Shown: in pieces, positions 47,391-60,805 of the stretch
Layout: the number at the start of each line of letters is the position of its first letter
Position numbering within the stretch: position 1 is the first letter of the stretch
Assembly: GCF_000143415.4 (NCBI RefSeq)
Contig: NW_003314346.1
Span: 245,950 to 309,949, forward strand
Direction of reading: 5' to 3'
Source of the DNA: Selaginella moellendorffii
Lineage: Eukaryota > Plantae > Lycopodiophyta
DNA: 64,000 nt
The notes under the pieces: generated by a model
Database searches by the model: none
What the model was told of the DNA's origin: nothing
Seen by the model: only the letters and a program-made list of their open reading frames with translations
Program-made: the position numbers and the translations under genes

Positions 47391-50300
47391 CTAAACTATC
47401 TAAACTATTTATATGCGTAACTAGGCTAGTGTTGCAAATGTGAATTCAGCCATTCCATATTCCTTAGTTCTTCTCCAGTGTCGTGGAACAAAATGGTAGT
47501 CAAACTCTGGACGGTGAGAGCTAGAAGGAGTGATGTTGGGCCCATCAAATGTCTGTCGACACTTCAAACGGGCTGTCCTCATATCCCCAAGTGGTTCATA
47601 ACTTGATTCCATAAGAGTTCTAGTAACAACTTCCCCCACCATCTTAGATATTGACCTTGCTGCTGGTGTTGTCCTTCTACTAATCTACTTTTGAAGCTTG
47701 TCTAAATTTGGACCTGTACCAGCAAACCTTGCTTCCTGTGCAGCCAAAGCTTTTGATGACTACTCAAGAGATCTAGTGAAGTCAGAGAGTGTAACTTCAT
47801 AAAGGGACACTTTTCCTTTCCTTGCTTCGGAAGCTCTTCAACTCCAATGTTTGCTCTTAGAGAGATTAATTGTTGGTGTAAGTGCAATGTCATCAAGTGG
47901 TTGATCTTAGGAAAAATGCAACATTTGAATGTGACAAAAAAAGAAAATAAGAGAAAACTTACATGGAGAATATAATGGCCCCATTGAAACATTTGAACTT
48001 CCCACCATGCAAGCCAACATTCCATTTGTGGAAGGTGTTCAATTGACATTTTGTCTCCTTCACAATACTATATGCACATCTCATTTGCTTTTGCCTCGTG
48101 CTCCTTTTTAGTTAGTGCATCCATCCATTCCCAACAAAGTTGCTTGAACTCGTGATGGAAGTTATACTTGATACATTGGCAATGTTCATTGACACTCTTT
48201 GCCCAATGAAACTCACAACTCTTCTCTCTACCTTGTAATGGCTGACTTTTATCACCTCCAAATACTTGTCATACAGCCAACCAGTTAGCACTAACAGCAT
48301 CTGCCGTGAAACCACGGAAGTTGGGTTTCTTCCCGATTTGTTGTTCAACAACCTCGGACATACACATCCAAAAGATGGTTTGTGCTTGGAAATCTTGAAC
48401 CTTAAATTCGACTATAGCTATAGTCAAGTTGCATTGCAACTTATAGAAGGAATGGTTATAATGTAAATCGGTATGGATCCTTAAAAAATGAATAACCACT
48501 TACTTGTTATCATAAACATAAGCTCCCATTGTTAACCAGCCTGAAACTCGTTCCATATGGTCAAAATGGATCCAAGAATTAGCCAAGTCCCCATCTCCCT
48601 CCATATTCATTTGTTGTATAAAGTTCACACTAGAAGCAGGATCAAGGGTGGACATTTTAAAGATGAAAGGGCATTGACTGTTCGAAGTCACTTGGCCAAC
48701 GAACAAACTCCCATGAATAAATTCATAGAGACATTTTCTTTTTAACTCTAAAATTGCATTCAATCCAGATTGAAGCTTTCCATCTCGCCCTTCTCGCATC
48801 CAGTTTTTTATTTTGCAAAAAAAAATAGTGTTTCTAGTGATAAAGTAGAGTTAAGTATTAACTTATACCTGTTTAAATTTGTCATAGGTTTTATATTTTG
48901 AAGTAGGTCCTTCAAGCTATTCTCCATGAACTCTTTTTTGCCATCAGCTTGTAACAACGTGTCCACCACATAATCCTTTAGTATAGACTGTTGAACACAC
49001 TTTGGAGTTGCGGCACTTTTCTTCCCAGCCTCTGTAGTAACAATAGCCTTCAAATTGCAAAAAGAATCACGGCAGATTCCTTCCTCTATTTCATGTTGGT
49101 GGTATCCAACATGCACTGCTGCTCTGCGTAAACATCCATCCTGTGAAAGAAAATAATACATTTTTGCATCGCAACATGCTTGACAAAAAGGTGTTGCCCC
49201 ACATTTGCAACATCTAAACCCTGTAGCAACCTCATCACGCCTAGGGGGATTGATTGCTAAGCCTTCAAAAAAACACATATTCTTGCCATGATCAAAAATG
49301 CATTTCTCAGCGACACATTGAAGCTATCCACCACAATGGACTATAGACACAGATCCGTCAAAATGGGAGAAGTGGGTTGTCTTTACTCTACACCAATTAT
49401 GTGGATCAAGACGCGTCTCCATGCCCCTCTTCCTGCTTGACAAACTGGCCAATGGAAATTGGAAGAATATATTCCCATTATAGGAAGACGGAAGCTCCTC
49501 ACCTCTCATGTACTGGAACTCCTTCAATTCCAACCGTAATGATCAAGATTGCCGAAATGCCTTATCCACTGCTTCAAAAATTGGTCCAGAAAGAATGGAC
49601 TTACTTGTATGGGAAGCTATGTCAAGAAGTTCATATTCTTCATTTTCGTCACTAGAGAGAATAACAACTTCATCCTTCACTCCTTGCACAGTTGTCTGTG
49701 AAACTGATGCACTCTCCTCTGCTTGTTTTGGAGATCCTATAACTAGAATCTCCTGACTTGTACATCTATCAAGATCCCACTGAATCCCATTCTCTCCTAC
49801 ACCACTGTTGAGAAGAATGGGTTTTTCTATTTGATTACCTTTATCCCAACATACATTCTCCAAACTAACTAATCCTAGCTTCAACTTGAATCTTCTATAG
49901 AGGAAGCTCTCTTTTATAACATTCTTAGAGAAAACAATTGGATGCTCTTGATCAAACTTCAAGTAGAATTCTCTCATATTTTCTCTTTGCTCGAACATTT
50001 AGAAAAGAATTTGGGGAGAAACTGACAAGAAAGAACAAAGATATTCTTCTGTATTGTGAGCATTGATTAGCTATGTCCTTGCAAAGGACAAGTTAATTAT
50101 TTTAACAAAATATACAATCGTTTAGAATCTAGAGAGATATCAGAATCTTAAAGAGCCACCTATATTAATTGTAAAATTGATTGTGAGAAGAATAATACTG
50201 TTGAAATGAATAGGGTTATGAGCGAGAGGCACTGATTAATCACGAGAGTTGTAACATTAATTGCTTGTTCTCCCTCTCATCTTCATGCTCTTTTCCTTTC

Positions 50301-50744
50301 AAAAGAGTTTCATTCTTTTGTGATAAGTAAGAGAGACTCAAGCTCGAAAAGGTTGGTTCGTACATGGTTTTTTCTAAAGCATCTAAAGCATTGAATGATT
50401 GTCTCTTTGGAAAGAACACATGAAATCTATGTTCATAGTGGATTTGTCCTATAAATATATCCAAGTATTGCTAAAAAATTGATCGTGACTGTTGATCATA
50501 ACCGTTGATCGTGACCATTGATCATGACCATTAATTTTTAGGGTTTTACTGCTAGGGTTTGAACAAGGAAGGGCGAGAGAAAAACACTTGAATGCTTCAA
50601 GATGCTTCTCAATCAAGATGCTAGATGCTTTTCAAGACACTAAAAAGACACTCCTCAATCAAGGTATGCCTCTCTCTGCTGCTTTTCCATCTCCCCATCT
50701 TTTGCTCCTAGCTTGCAAGTAACTTGTACCTCATGGCTACTTTG

Positions 50745-51325
50745 CGCTGGAATGATCGGTTCGGCAGAAAACCGATCTTCCCAGCACATCAGATTCTGGG
50801 TCTTTTTTTTTCTTGAAATTCCATTGGCGCTGAGAAGATCAGTTCGGTGACAAACTGATCTTCCCAGCACATCAGGTTTTGGGTTTTTTTTTGTTTCTTG
50901 TCATTCCATTGGCGCTGGGAACTTCTTCTTTTCTTCTTTTTTTTTCCCTTGGTGCTAGGAAGATCGGTTCAGCGACAAACTAATCTTCCCAGCGCCAAAG
51001 GAACTTCTTCTTTTCTTCTTTTTTTTTCTCTTGGTGCTGGGAAGATCAGTTTGGTGACGAACCGATCTTCCTAGTGCCAAGGGAAAAAAAAAGAAGAAAA
51101 GAAGAAGTTCCCTTGGCACTAGGAAGATCAGTTTGGCGACAAATCAATCTTCCCAGCGCCAAAGGAACTTCTTCTTTTCTTCTTTTTTATGTTCCCTTGG
51201 CGCTGGGAAGATCAGTTCGTCGCCGAACCGATCTTCCCAGTGCCAAGAAAACTGCTTCTTTTCTTCTTTTTTTTTGTTCCCTTGGTGCTGCAAAGATCAG
51301 TTTGGTGACGAACCGATCTTCCCAG
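50745..51325. repeat. Array of ~7 40-bp palindromes GCTGGGAAGATCRGTTC-N6-GAACCGATCTTCCCAGC, ~82-bp period, in predicted cargo intron 50664-51330
   Basis: Copies at ~50745, 50829, 50954, 51036, 51118, 51203, 51287. Confidence 0.9.
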
Positions 51326-52248
51326 CACAGAAGAAGCGTCCCGGTCAACCTCAATGGACCCATTCTCCAGGAAATCAACTAGATCGTTATGCTAGATTCA
51401 CTAGGGACACCTCACAAGTTCAAAGTGCTGCTTCGGAGGAAGACCATGGTGGGAGCAATGGTGTCCAGATCCAAGTAATGGTTGATCCTAATCCAGTGTT
51501 AGCATGCAGGAGCTAGATGGTTCTAGAGAGCGTGGAAATGTAGAAGCTAGCTATAGCACAAGAGAAGCTGGTGGTAGTAGTGCCATAGGTGGTGGTGCGG
51601 AACTTGGTGGTAGAAATGAAGCACCTAGTGCTATAGGTAGTGGGGCAGATCTTGGTGGTGGAAATGGCGGACATGCTACTGCTCTTGAAGGTCACAGAAA
51701 TGAGGTGGTAATTATGCTAGAGGCTGACACGATCTTGAATGAGCGAGTACGCGAGACTATTGTCCAGGCTCAAGAACGAACTATCAGTAGGGTGTTAGGT
51801 GAAATGGCTTGGAAAGGATCCTAACATCTTGAGATTCCACTTTGCCGTCTTAAGCAAAGTCACTGGGTGCACTCAGCCTAGGACCTCAACATGGCTATTT
51901 ATACCTCTTTCACAGAGGTTGAATTCGGGCACACTGCTGGATCATTTATTGTGTCGTCATCATTTTTCGGAACAAATCGCATAGATATGGTTACTCACAA
52001 GATTGAGCAGACTTGGGATCAAATATGGCAAAGAAAATCTCAAGAGTTTGATACTTTGATGGCATGCCACAAGGAGACACAAGCCTTTGTAGGCCAGATG
52101 TTCTTCATTATTGATGGAAACCCCCGGTGGCTTGCGTTTTGGAGGTGTATCCCGGAGAAATTCCAAGATGATGATGAGTGACATATTTGTGTTCCAGTGA
52201 CCCTTGTGGAGCCCCAGGATCCAAAACCAGCTACGAGGCTTCACTTGG

Positions 52249-52925
52249 CAGTGTTTCACGAACACGGCCATGGGTCGTGTTCCCACGGCCGTGTTCGTGA
52301 ACAGTGGTCCGTGTTACTAGCACGGACCGTGATCCCGGAGACCACGGCCGGGATCACGGTCCGTGTTAGTAACATGGACCACTGTTCAGAATATTCTCGC
52401 GCGGAATATTCTGGTTTTAGGGCTCATGGCATCACACGACAATCCAGCCAGGGCGCACCATTTCAGGGCACAGCAGCAGCAATCCAAGGCAAACAAGCAT
52501 GGCGCAGCAATCCAGCATACTGCGAAAGCATCCTTCTTCGCGATGGTGGGATGAGGTAAGTGTTCTTGAGAGCAGGGGGCATGGCCACAAATTATGGTCA
52601 TGCAAATACTGCCCAATGGTGAACAAACTGAGTGGTGTTGATCGTGTGCGAGCTCATCTGTTAGGAGAAGGCCCAGGCAGCAAGGATATTGTGAGTTGTC
52701 CTCTCATCCCAGGTAACAAGAAAGCGGATCTGCTCAATATGCAAAAGGTTATTGATTCCGAGAAAGGGGCAAGGGGGAAGAAACGGCCGAATGAATCTGG
52801 TGGTGCTTCTATGAGAATAAGAATAGAATATTCGTGAGCCATCGTGGGCCGTGATCGTGTTCCGTGTTCGGGTTCCTGAAATCTGAGGCTCGTATTCGTG
52901 TTCTGTGTTCGTGTTTGTAACTATG
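52249..52925 (+). mobile_element. Non-autonomous hAT derivative retaining a BED zinc-finger ORF (52499-52837)
   Basis: CAGTGTT.../...AACTATG hAT-type ends, CACGG/CGTG subterminal repeats, WSCKYC..RVRAHL..C; no TSD seen. Confidence 0.75.
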
Positions 52926-53789
52926 TAATCAATTTGCTTTCCATGCACATACCTTGGTCCATGATATTAAGCACCTTCGATATGTTGGCATGCTTTCTCT
53001 CGACGAAATCCAGATGCTGTATAGTCGTGAAGTTATGGAAGCGGTTCAAGCAAAGCTTGTAGCACGTAAAGGCCAAGAGTTTCTTACTTGGTATCAAGTG
53101 CCTATGGATTTTTTGTTGCAGTCTGGGCAAAAGTATCCTTTTCTTTCATGAACTTGTGTTTTCTACTCATAAGTTTTTCTTTTACCCAATTGTCAAGGCG
53201 GAGCAAAACTTGCATTTGAAGATTACGCAAGTGACGGATGAGGTGCAAAAGAACCTTGAACTGTGACAAATTGAGCAGCACATTTTGAACTCGAAGAAAT
53301 CAAAGGTGAAGAAGCTACTTGCGATTGCAGACATGCGCCACGATAAAGATTGGTTGGATTGCATTGCAGAGATATACTCTCATAGCAGTAAGTTAGTCCC
53401 TTTTATCTTTCTCATTCCACTTTGAAATCCTTGTCCTTGCAATAGCACAAGCTCATATACAATAAGAGCCCACAGTTAGAGAGCATAATACTATACGAAC
53501 TCCTCCTTTTGTGGATGTGGATGCCAAGGAAGACTAAGTTTAGTTTTCTTTTTAGTCAAATTTTTTAGTGGTAATATAGAGTTTCTTCTTTGACTTATGA
53601 TATTTATTTTCTTATTAGATTTATATTATTTAGCTTTTTCTTGAACTGAAAATATGTCTTAAGTTTTGAATAGAATTGTTGGTTTGTCCCAAACCAATCA
53701 TTTAAACATCAACTTTTGTATTTGGTGGATTATATTGACTTTCATTGACTTTCATTGACTTGAGCTTAGCTCAAAAACTACCCGGCCAC

Positions 53790-55310
53790 GTTGTATAAGG
53801 TCCACACCAAAAGCAAGACTAAGGGTGGGCATCTTAAAGATGAAAAGGCGTTGACTATTCGAAATCACTTAGCCAACGAATAAGCTCCCATGAATAAACT
53901 CATAAGGACATTTTCTTTTTAATTCCAAAATTACATCCAATCCAGATTAAAGCTTTCTATCTCGCCCTTCTTGCATCCAATTCTTTATTCTACCAAAAAA
54001 AAAGAGTGTTTCTAGTGACAAAGTAGAGTTAAGTATTAACTTATACTTGTTTAAATTTGTCACAGGTTTTATATTTCAAAGCAGACCCTTCAAGTTGTTC
54101 TTCATGAACTCTTTTTTGCTATCAACTTATAGCAACGTGTCCACCACATAGTCCTTTTGTACAAACTGTTGAACACACTTTGGAGTTGCAGCACTTTTCT
54201 TCCCAACCTCTATAGTAACAGCAGCCTTTAAATTGCAAAAAGAATCATGGCGGATTCCTTCCTCTATTATGTGTTGGTGTATCTCACAACATGTTTGACA
54301 CACAAGTGTTGCCCCGCATTTGCAACTGTATCATCACGCCTAGGGGGATTGATCATTGAACCTTCAAAGAAACATATATTCTTGCCATGATCATAAATGC
54401 ATTTCTTAGCAATACACTGAAGCTATCCACCACAATGGACTATGGACATATATCTGTCGAAATGGGAAAAGTGGGTCATCTTTTCTTTGCACCAATTATA
54501 TGGATCAAGACATGTCTCCATGCCCCTCTTCATGCTTGACAAACTGGCTGGTGGAAATTTGAAGAATATATTCCCATTATAAGAAGATAGAAGTTCCTCA
54601 CCTCTCATGTACTGGAATTCCTTCAATTCCAACCATAATAATCGAGATTGCCAAAATGCTTTATCCATTGTTTCAAAAACTGGTCTAGAAGGAATGCACC
54701 TACTTGTCTGGGTAGCTATGTTTGGAAGCTCATCTTCTTCACTTTCATCACTAGAGAGAATAACAACTTCATCCTTCAGTCCTTGCACAGTTGGTTATGA
54801 AATTGATACACTCTCTTTTACTCGCATCAGAGATTTTGTAACTAGAATCTCCTGACCTGTACATCTATCAAGATAGAAGCTCATCTTCTTCACTTTTGTC
54901 ACTAGAGAGAATAACAACTTCATCCTTTAGTCCTTGCACAATTGGCTATAAAACTGACATGCTCTCCTTTGCTCGCTTTAAAGATTTTGTAACTAGAATC
55001 TCCTGACTTGTACATCTATCAAGATCCCACTGAATGCTATTCTTTCCCACACCATTGTCGAGAAGAATGGATTTTTCTATCTGATTACCTTTATCCCGAC
55101 ATACATTCTCCAAACTAATTGATCTTGGCTTCAACTTGATGTACACTTGAATCTTCTGTAGAGGAAGCTCTCTCCTATAACATTCTTAGAGAAAACAATT
55201 GGAGGCTCTTGATCGAACTTCAAGTAGAATTCTCTCATATCTTCTCTTTACTCGAGCACTTAGAAAAAATTTAGGGAGAAACTGACAACAAAGAACAAAG
55301 ATATTGCTAC
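53790..55310 (-). pseudogene. Additional MULE transposase fragment with internal ~170-bp tandem duplication
   Basis: Matches ~48620-50050; ~54706-54873 repeated at ~54876-55025. Confidence 0.85.
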
Positions 55311-56849
55311 AACAAAGAAGTAGCAACACATACAATCATCATCGATGATCATGTTTGTGGTGTAGTAGTAATCAAAGTGACTAATATGTGATGTTGGAGA
55401 GACTGTTCCAACACCTAAGAAGGTCGGCAAATCACTCCCCTTCTACAAAACATAGAGCTGGGTCAAGCTAAAGGTGGCTGTGCCATAGCTCATAAATATA
55501 AGTCACTAGAATCTGCTAAGGATGAAGAAGACTCAACTCGAGAAGGTGCCGTGTCATATCTAAGTTGCCTTTGGATGCCAGAAAGTTTACTCCAAGGGCT
55601 TTGAGATATGGTAAAATGGCGCTAATTTGCCACATGTTTAGTCTGTACCAACATTAAATACCCTAAACACTGCAAATGCCCAATCAAGGCAACTGGGTCA
55701 ACAAGAGTAGTAAGACTATAGACTTCTCCAAAGCATAGAAAGAAGAGCCCTTGGCCAAAATAATTGGCTAGCTAATAACCATACTTTAGTGTAACTTCTT
55801 CAACATCCAAAACACACTTCAAAGCATATATAACCATTGACTCTTAGAGTTAGAGTAACTACAAACAAGTTGTGTTAACCAGTAACCAGTAACCCCCTGC
55901 TCTCACTCCTACTTCAATATTTACTCTAGCACCAACTTTTACTTTTGCATTTACTCCTGATCTTGCTCTTGCTTTTACGCCTTCTCCTACTCCATGAAGA
56001 TTGCTTCTTTCCCAAGAAACTCTTACCAAAGTTTAGCCCAAAAAAGAAAAATGAGTACCTCAATCTCAATCCTTCACCATTTTGATTGCAAGAAGGCTTA
56101 TTGGAAAGAGCTCAGTCCCATCTACCACACTACTCTAAGAATTTACAATGAAAATGCCTCAATATCCTGCGAGATCCAAGAAAACATAGCTCAAAACACT
56201 AATTTTGTGGAAAAACATTTGCATGTCACCAATCTAGATCAATACCAAGGTGTTGTTGATATTTTCAAAAAAGCTTAGGACCAAAAGCACCTCCAAAAAT
56301 AAATGGCATCCAAAAAAAAGCTTGGATAAGCATAAATTCCTATTGCAAAGATGCTCTTATCTAGTTGGAGAAGAAAATCCTTTTGCATGCCATAAATTTT
56401 TTGAAATTCAACACTAAAAATCACCTTTACTTGTAGATCTAGGCTAGATCTACAAACCCACATGCATTGTCTTAAGAAATTGGGTCAAGAATCTAGGCAA
56501 GAAAGGAAAAACCCTAAAATATTCATTAAATTGAGCCAAGAAATATTGTATCTCCTCAAATACTACTCCATTTGCCACTAATCCCAATTGTGGCAGCAGC
56601 CACTAGATCCAAAAATCCTCCCTTCCTGATCATCCTCAAAACAAGACACCATGCATAATTTTCTAAAGAGAATTTAGAAAGCTAGAAACTTTTTCAAGTC
56701 TTAATTACTCCAAGTCACCCCTAAAATGACATTCAACTCCACCAATCCTTAACTGCTACCATCTTTGTCATGTATTAAGGTATGCAAAATTGCATAGAGA
56801 ATGGTTTGGATTGAAACCAATCTAATAGTTACCAAAATCCCACTATTTT

Positions 56850-57390
56850 GAGCTTTAATTAACTGTGTCTTTGCAAAGGACAAGTTAAATATTTTAACAA
56901 AATATACAACTGTTTAAAATCTAAAGATATATGAGAATCTTAAAGAGCCACCCATATTAATTATATAATTGACTGTGAGAGAAATAATACTGTTGAAATG
57001 AATGGGGTTATGAGTGAGAGGACCAATTAATCACAAGAGTTATAGCATTGATAGCTTATTCTCCTCTCGCTCATGGCACCTCTTGCTCATGGTGCCTCTC
57101 ACTCATAACCCTATTCATTTTAACAATATTATTCCTCTCACAATCAAATATACAATTAATATCTAAAGCATTAAATGATTGTCTCCTTGGAAAGAACATA
57201 TGAAATCTATGTTTATAGTGAATTTGTCCAATAAATATATCCAAGCGCTATTAAAAAATTGATTTGTTGATCATGACCATTGATCGTGACCATTAATTTT
57301 TAGGGTTTTATTGCTAAGGTTTAAGCAGAGAAAAACGCTTGAATCTCACTTCAAGATGCTTCTCAATCAGGACACTAGATGCTCTTCACT
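56850..57390 (-). mobile_element. MULE intergenic/promoter fragment with 209-bp foldback (56954-57162)
   Basis: Matches ~50065-50630. Confidence 0.75.
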
Positions 57391-58726
57391 GCAACATTGA
57401 AAATTAGGGAAAATGTCATTGGAGTTTACTAGACAAAGATAGTTATTGAGTCTTCCCCCACTTTATACTTGGTATTGTCCCTAAAAATCTTAAACACACA
57501 AATAGTTCAAATACTTAATGTTTAAAAAACGTTAGTATTAATATTATAATACTAACTTTCAAGGTTAGTAGTTTTGCCACCAACACAACTTCACCATCAC
57601 TTGATTCACTTGGCTGCTGAGACAAGTGAAAAGGAGAACAAAAAAACAGTTTTTATTTGTAGTGTTTTCCAACTCAAACTTAAAAATTGATAACATATTT
57701 TTAGTATATGTTTTAAACAGCAATATAAATGAGGGAATATTCTTTAGTTGGCAAAGTCAACAGTAGAGTCCTGTTGACTTGGCTCCCTAAATACAGCAGC
57801 TTGGTGACAAGTATACATAACTGGAAAGTACAAAGACTAAAGACTGTCTGGCTAATCAAATATTAGTACCCAGCCCCTGAAATGGTGCATGAAAGTGGAG
57901 TGATATTTCATAACTTCTTGCTGTTTAGAGTTGCCTCATCTAGCTGCTTTTAATATGGTCTTTTATATCAACAAACACACCTGTGAAAGTTAATCGTGAC
58001 CAAAAATACAAGCTGCCAAAGCGCATGACTCCAATCCTATGAACCCTAGAAAAAACTGGCGAAGAGGAAGAACAGATGCACCATGCAGCCTTTTTGTACG
58101 TACAAACTGAATTTGAATAATTGAATTCAGATCCTATTCAAATTCCAAATTTCAGTTTTAATACAGGCTTAATCAAAGTGTTTATGATATTAATTTATTT
58201 TTTCCTAAATCATTTAAACTAGAAAAATGTATCAAATATGACCTAGTTATGCCTTAAATGTACAGCGGATAAGCGGATAGAATCAGAAATTCATATTCAA
58301 AAGACCATAACGACCACGGACTACTGGTTTTGTTTCATGCTTAACGATTTTTCCCGTTGTTAGTGGTTTCACAAGATCAATTTCAAATTTCTCGGCCGTT
58401 CCGGGGGCGAATAATCAATCGTTTTCTGAATCAGTGTGCCATCCGATTACCTGGAAAAATGCATCACATCATGTGTGCAGTGCAACATAGAAGATCTTGA
58501 CCTCTTCAAGATGCTCATCATCGCACCAATTAACCTCCCAATTTGTTGAGGCAGAAGGGGGGTACAGTGCCATTCTTCACTTCATCTTGGATGGAGCGCT
58601 GTGTACCTAGAGTCGATCCCCTGCCGCACTGTCTCCTGCACGGTCTGGAAATTCGGAGAATCTGCATCAGACGGTGTTGCGGCTAGGGGTTAGGCCAAAA
58701 ATTAACAATTAGGGTTCTAGGGTTTC

Positions 58727-60805
58727 ATGGCTCCGAAGCGCGAGTCTGAGAGCATTCATGAGTTTCTCAGTTCAAGGTATCCTTCCCACCGCAAACTGGA
58801 AGATGGTGTCAAGAGCCTGGCGAGTGCGGGGTTCCATAAGCTGGATGACCTAGCCAATGTCAACTTCAGGTCTCTCCGTTCCCACCTTTCGGCTCTCTTT
58901 TGCATTGCGCTTCGCGACTATATGAGGCCTGACGCCACAGACCATGGTATGGTGTGTCTTCCCTTTGTGGTTTTGTGCTCACATCCTTCTTGTGCAGTGG
59001 AAGACGACTGCACGTTGGAGTGGGGTTTTGAGTGTACGGAGGTGACCGTCACTCTGCGGCAGGAGAATGAAATCCTGGAGCTGCCTGCTCAGTACAGTCC
59101 GATTGTTCCTGATTCTGAGGAGGAAATAATTGAGCAAGCTCCAGACGAAGAGGTGAGACTGTTGTTTTCTTTTTCTTTCTCACGTTCTGCATGAATTCAG
59201 GACCTAGGCGAAGAATTGGAAATGATGGAGAATGCTTATAATGATCTACCCGAACCTGCTCAGCCGGGTAAGTTGAGCATTACTCTGACGATTCCTGTCT
59301 GAGTGTTGTTCATAGCAGGACTGCTGGAGCTGAAAATGTACGTGTTCTCATCAAAGCGGTCTAAGCGGGCCGTAGAGAGGATTTGGTGCACGACTAGTGG
59401 CACCAAGATCTTAGAGAGGCGGAGCTATGTGAGTCTTCAGGAAAGGGTGCAGGCACGTTGGGACGCCGGAGTTAAGGCAGTTCTGCTAGTTGGAGTGCCT
59501 GGGATTGGCAAGACCGGCTTTATCATCTGCATGCTGCTCAGTTTAATGAAGCAGAGGAAAGCCATTGCACTACAGACCAAGGGAGGAGATTTCTTCCTAT
59601 TTGAACCGCAGCCTGTGGAAGCGCCGGGTACTGGCGAGGCTTACGCGTGTCTGAAGCTGAGAAACAAGTCCGTTCTATACGACCCCGAAGTCTACTTTTT
59701 GGTGGATGGCAAGATGCCTGACGTCCCTTCATTCAGCTGCAAGTCATTACTTGCCACCATCCCCAAGCTGCTCAACTTCCAGGATTACGAGAAGGATGGC
59801 CGTGGAGATCTTGTCTTGCTACCGGTCTGGTCTGCTGCGGAGATCGCACTGGCTTGGCAGGAGATATTTGATCCGAGACTGCCAGCTCTCGCACATCCTC
59901 AGGAAGTTGCTGTGGAGAATGCGAAGTTGACTGCCTTGCTTGAAGCAAGAAAGAAGCTGACACTAGATGTTGTGAAAGAGCGGTACAAGAAATGGGGTGG
60001 CACGGCTCGGTTTGTGCTGGAGACGCCGCACGTAGACTTGGATGAGGTAGTAAGAGGTTTGCAGTCCATACAGCAGACAGTTGAATTGGTGGGCAGGCAG
60101 GTGGCTGATGGAGACCATCCATCCCACAAGGTAGTGCACCAGAGGGTGAAACAGGGATACGCCAGCTACGAGTACATGTTTGCTTCTCCGTACCTGTCCG
60201 AGGCTGCCCGAAAGAAGCTTAAAGAGTCAACAAGTGGGGCATTACGGCTGTTCCTGTCCTTCAAGGGTTTGGCAGCGCACGGTGTAAATGGTTGCAAGGG
60301 CAATGTATTTCACCACGAATTCAAGTCACTGGCTCGCGGAGTTCAGCAATTCAAGGTTCGCCAAGTCTATGAAGATACAAGCCTGGATGACCAGGAGATG
60401 GTGTTCAATTTCGGACAGCCTTTCGAAGTTCCAAAACTGGAAAGCTTACCAGTTGCTGCTCCTGTGAATCAGATCATCTGGCCAGAGTCTGCTGTTGAAG
60501 AAACAATCGATGCTATGAAGATTGTGCGACTGGCGGGTCGGCTAGACGTTTTGGAGGTGTACCAAGTGACCCTCAGTTCTGCAAGGCATGCGCATGGTCT
60601 CAAGTACGCAGCAATGTTGAAGGTGATGCACAAGTTTGGAATTCCTCCTCACAGGGTCAAGGTATACATCGTTACTACATCCGAGCTTTACCCTGAAGCT
60701 GGCTATCAAAACTGGAGGAAGTCCAGGAACCTCGTGCTCCGAGATGAAAGAATCCTGCGGAGGCTAGTTGGGATCACTCAGTACGTTCTGGATAGTGGAG
60801 TGTGA
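58727..60805 (+). CDS. Crinkler/RHS-like P-loop NTPase with probable C-terminal restriction-endonuclease-fold domain; join(58727..58946,58998..59152,59201..59267,~59316..60805)
   Basis: VLLVGVPGIGKT Walker A, FLVDG, LPVWS..EI, KWGGTARFV, IDA..EVYQVT; three ~50-nt GT-AG introns keep frame; teloboxes upstream. Confidence 0.8.

Larger units (their letters stand above)
47440..53789 (-). mobile_element. Mutator-like copy 3 (inverted, right-truncated): transposase pseudogene on - strand (47440-50060), cargo pseudogene on + strand (~50600-53400)
   Basis: Transposase closely matches copy 1; cargo shows IPLCRL (51834) and FFIIDGNPRW (52101-52130); MTase part deleted; left terminus at 53735-53789. Confidence 0.9.

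Noticed and set aside
50745-51325. CRISPR-like appearance of regularly spaced palindromic repeats (also 30382-30904)
   Set aside because: Spacers are similar low-complexity tracts rather than unique sequences, no cas genes, eukaryotic intronic context
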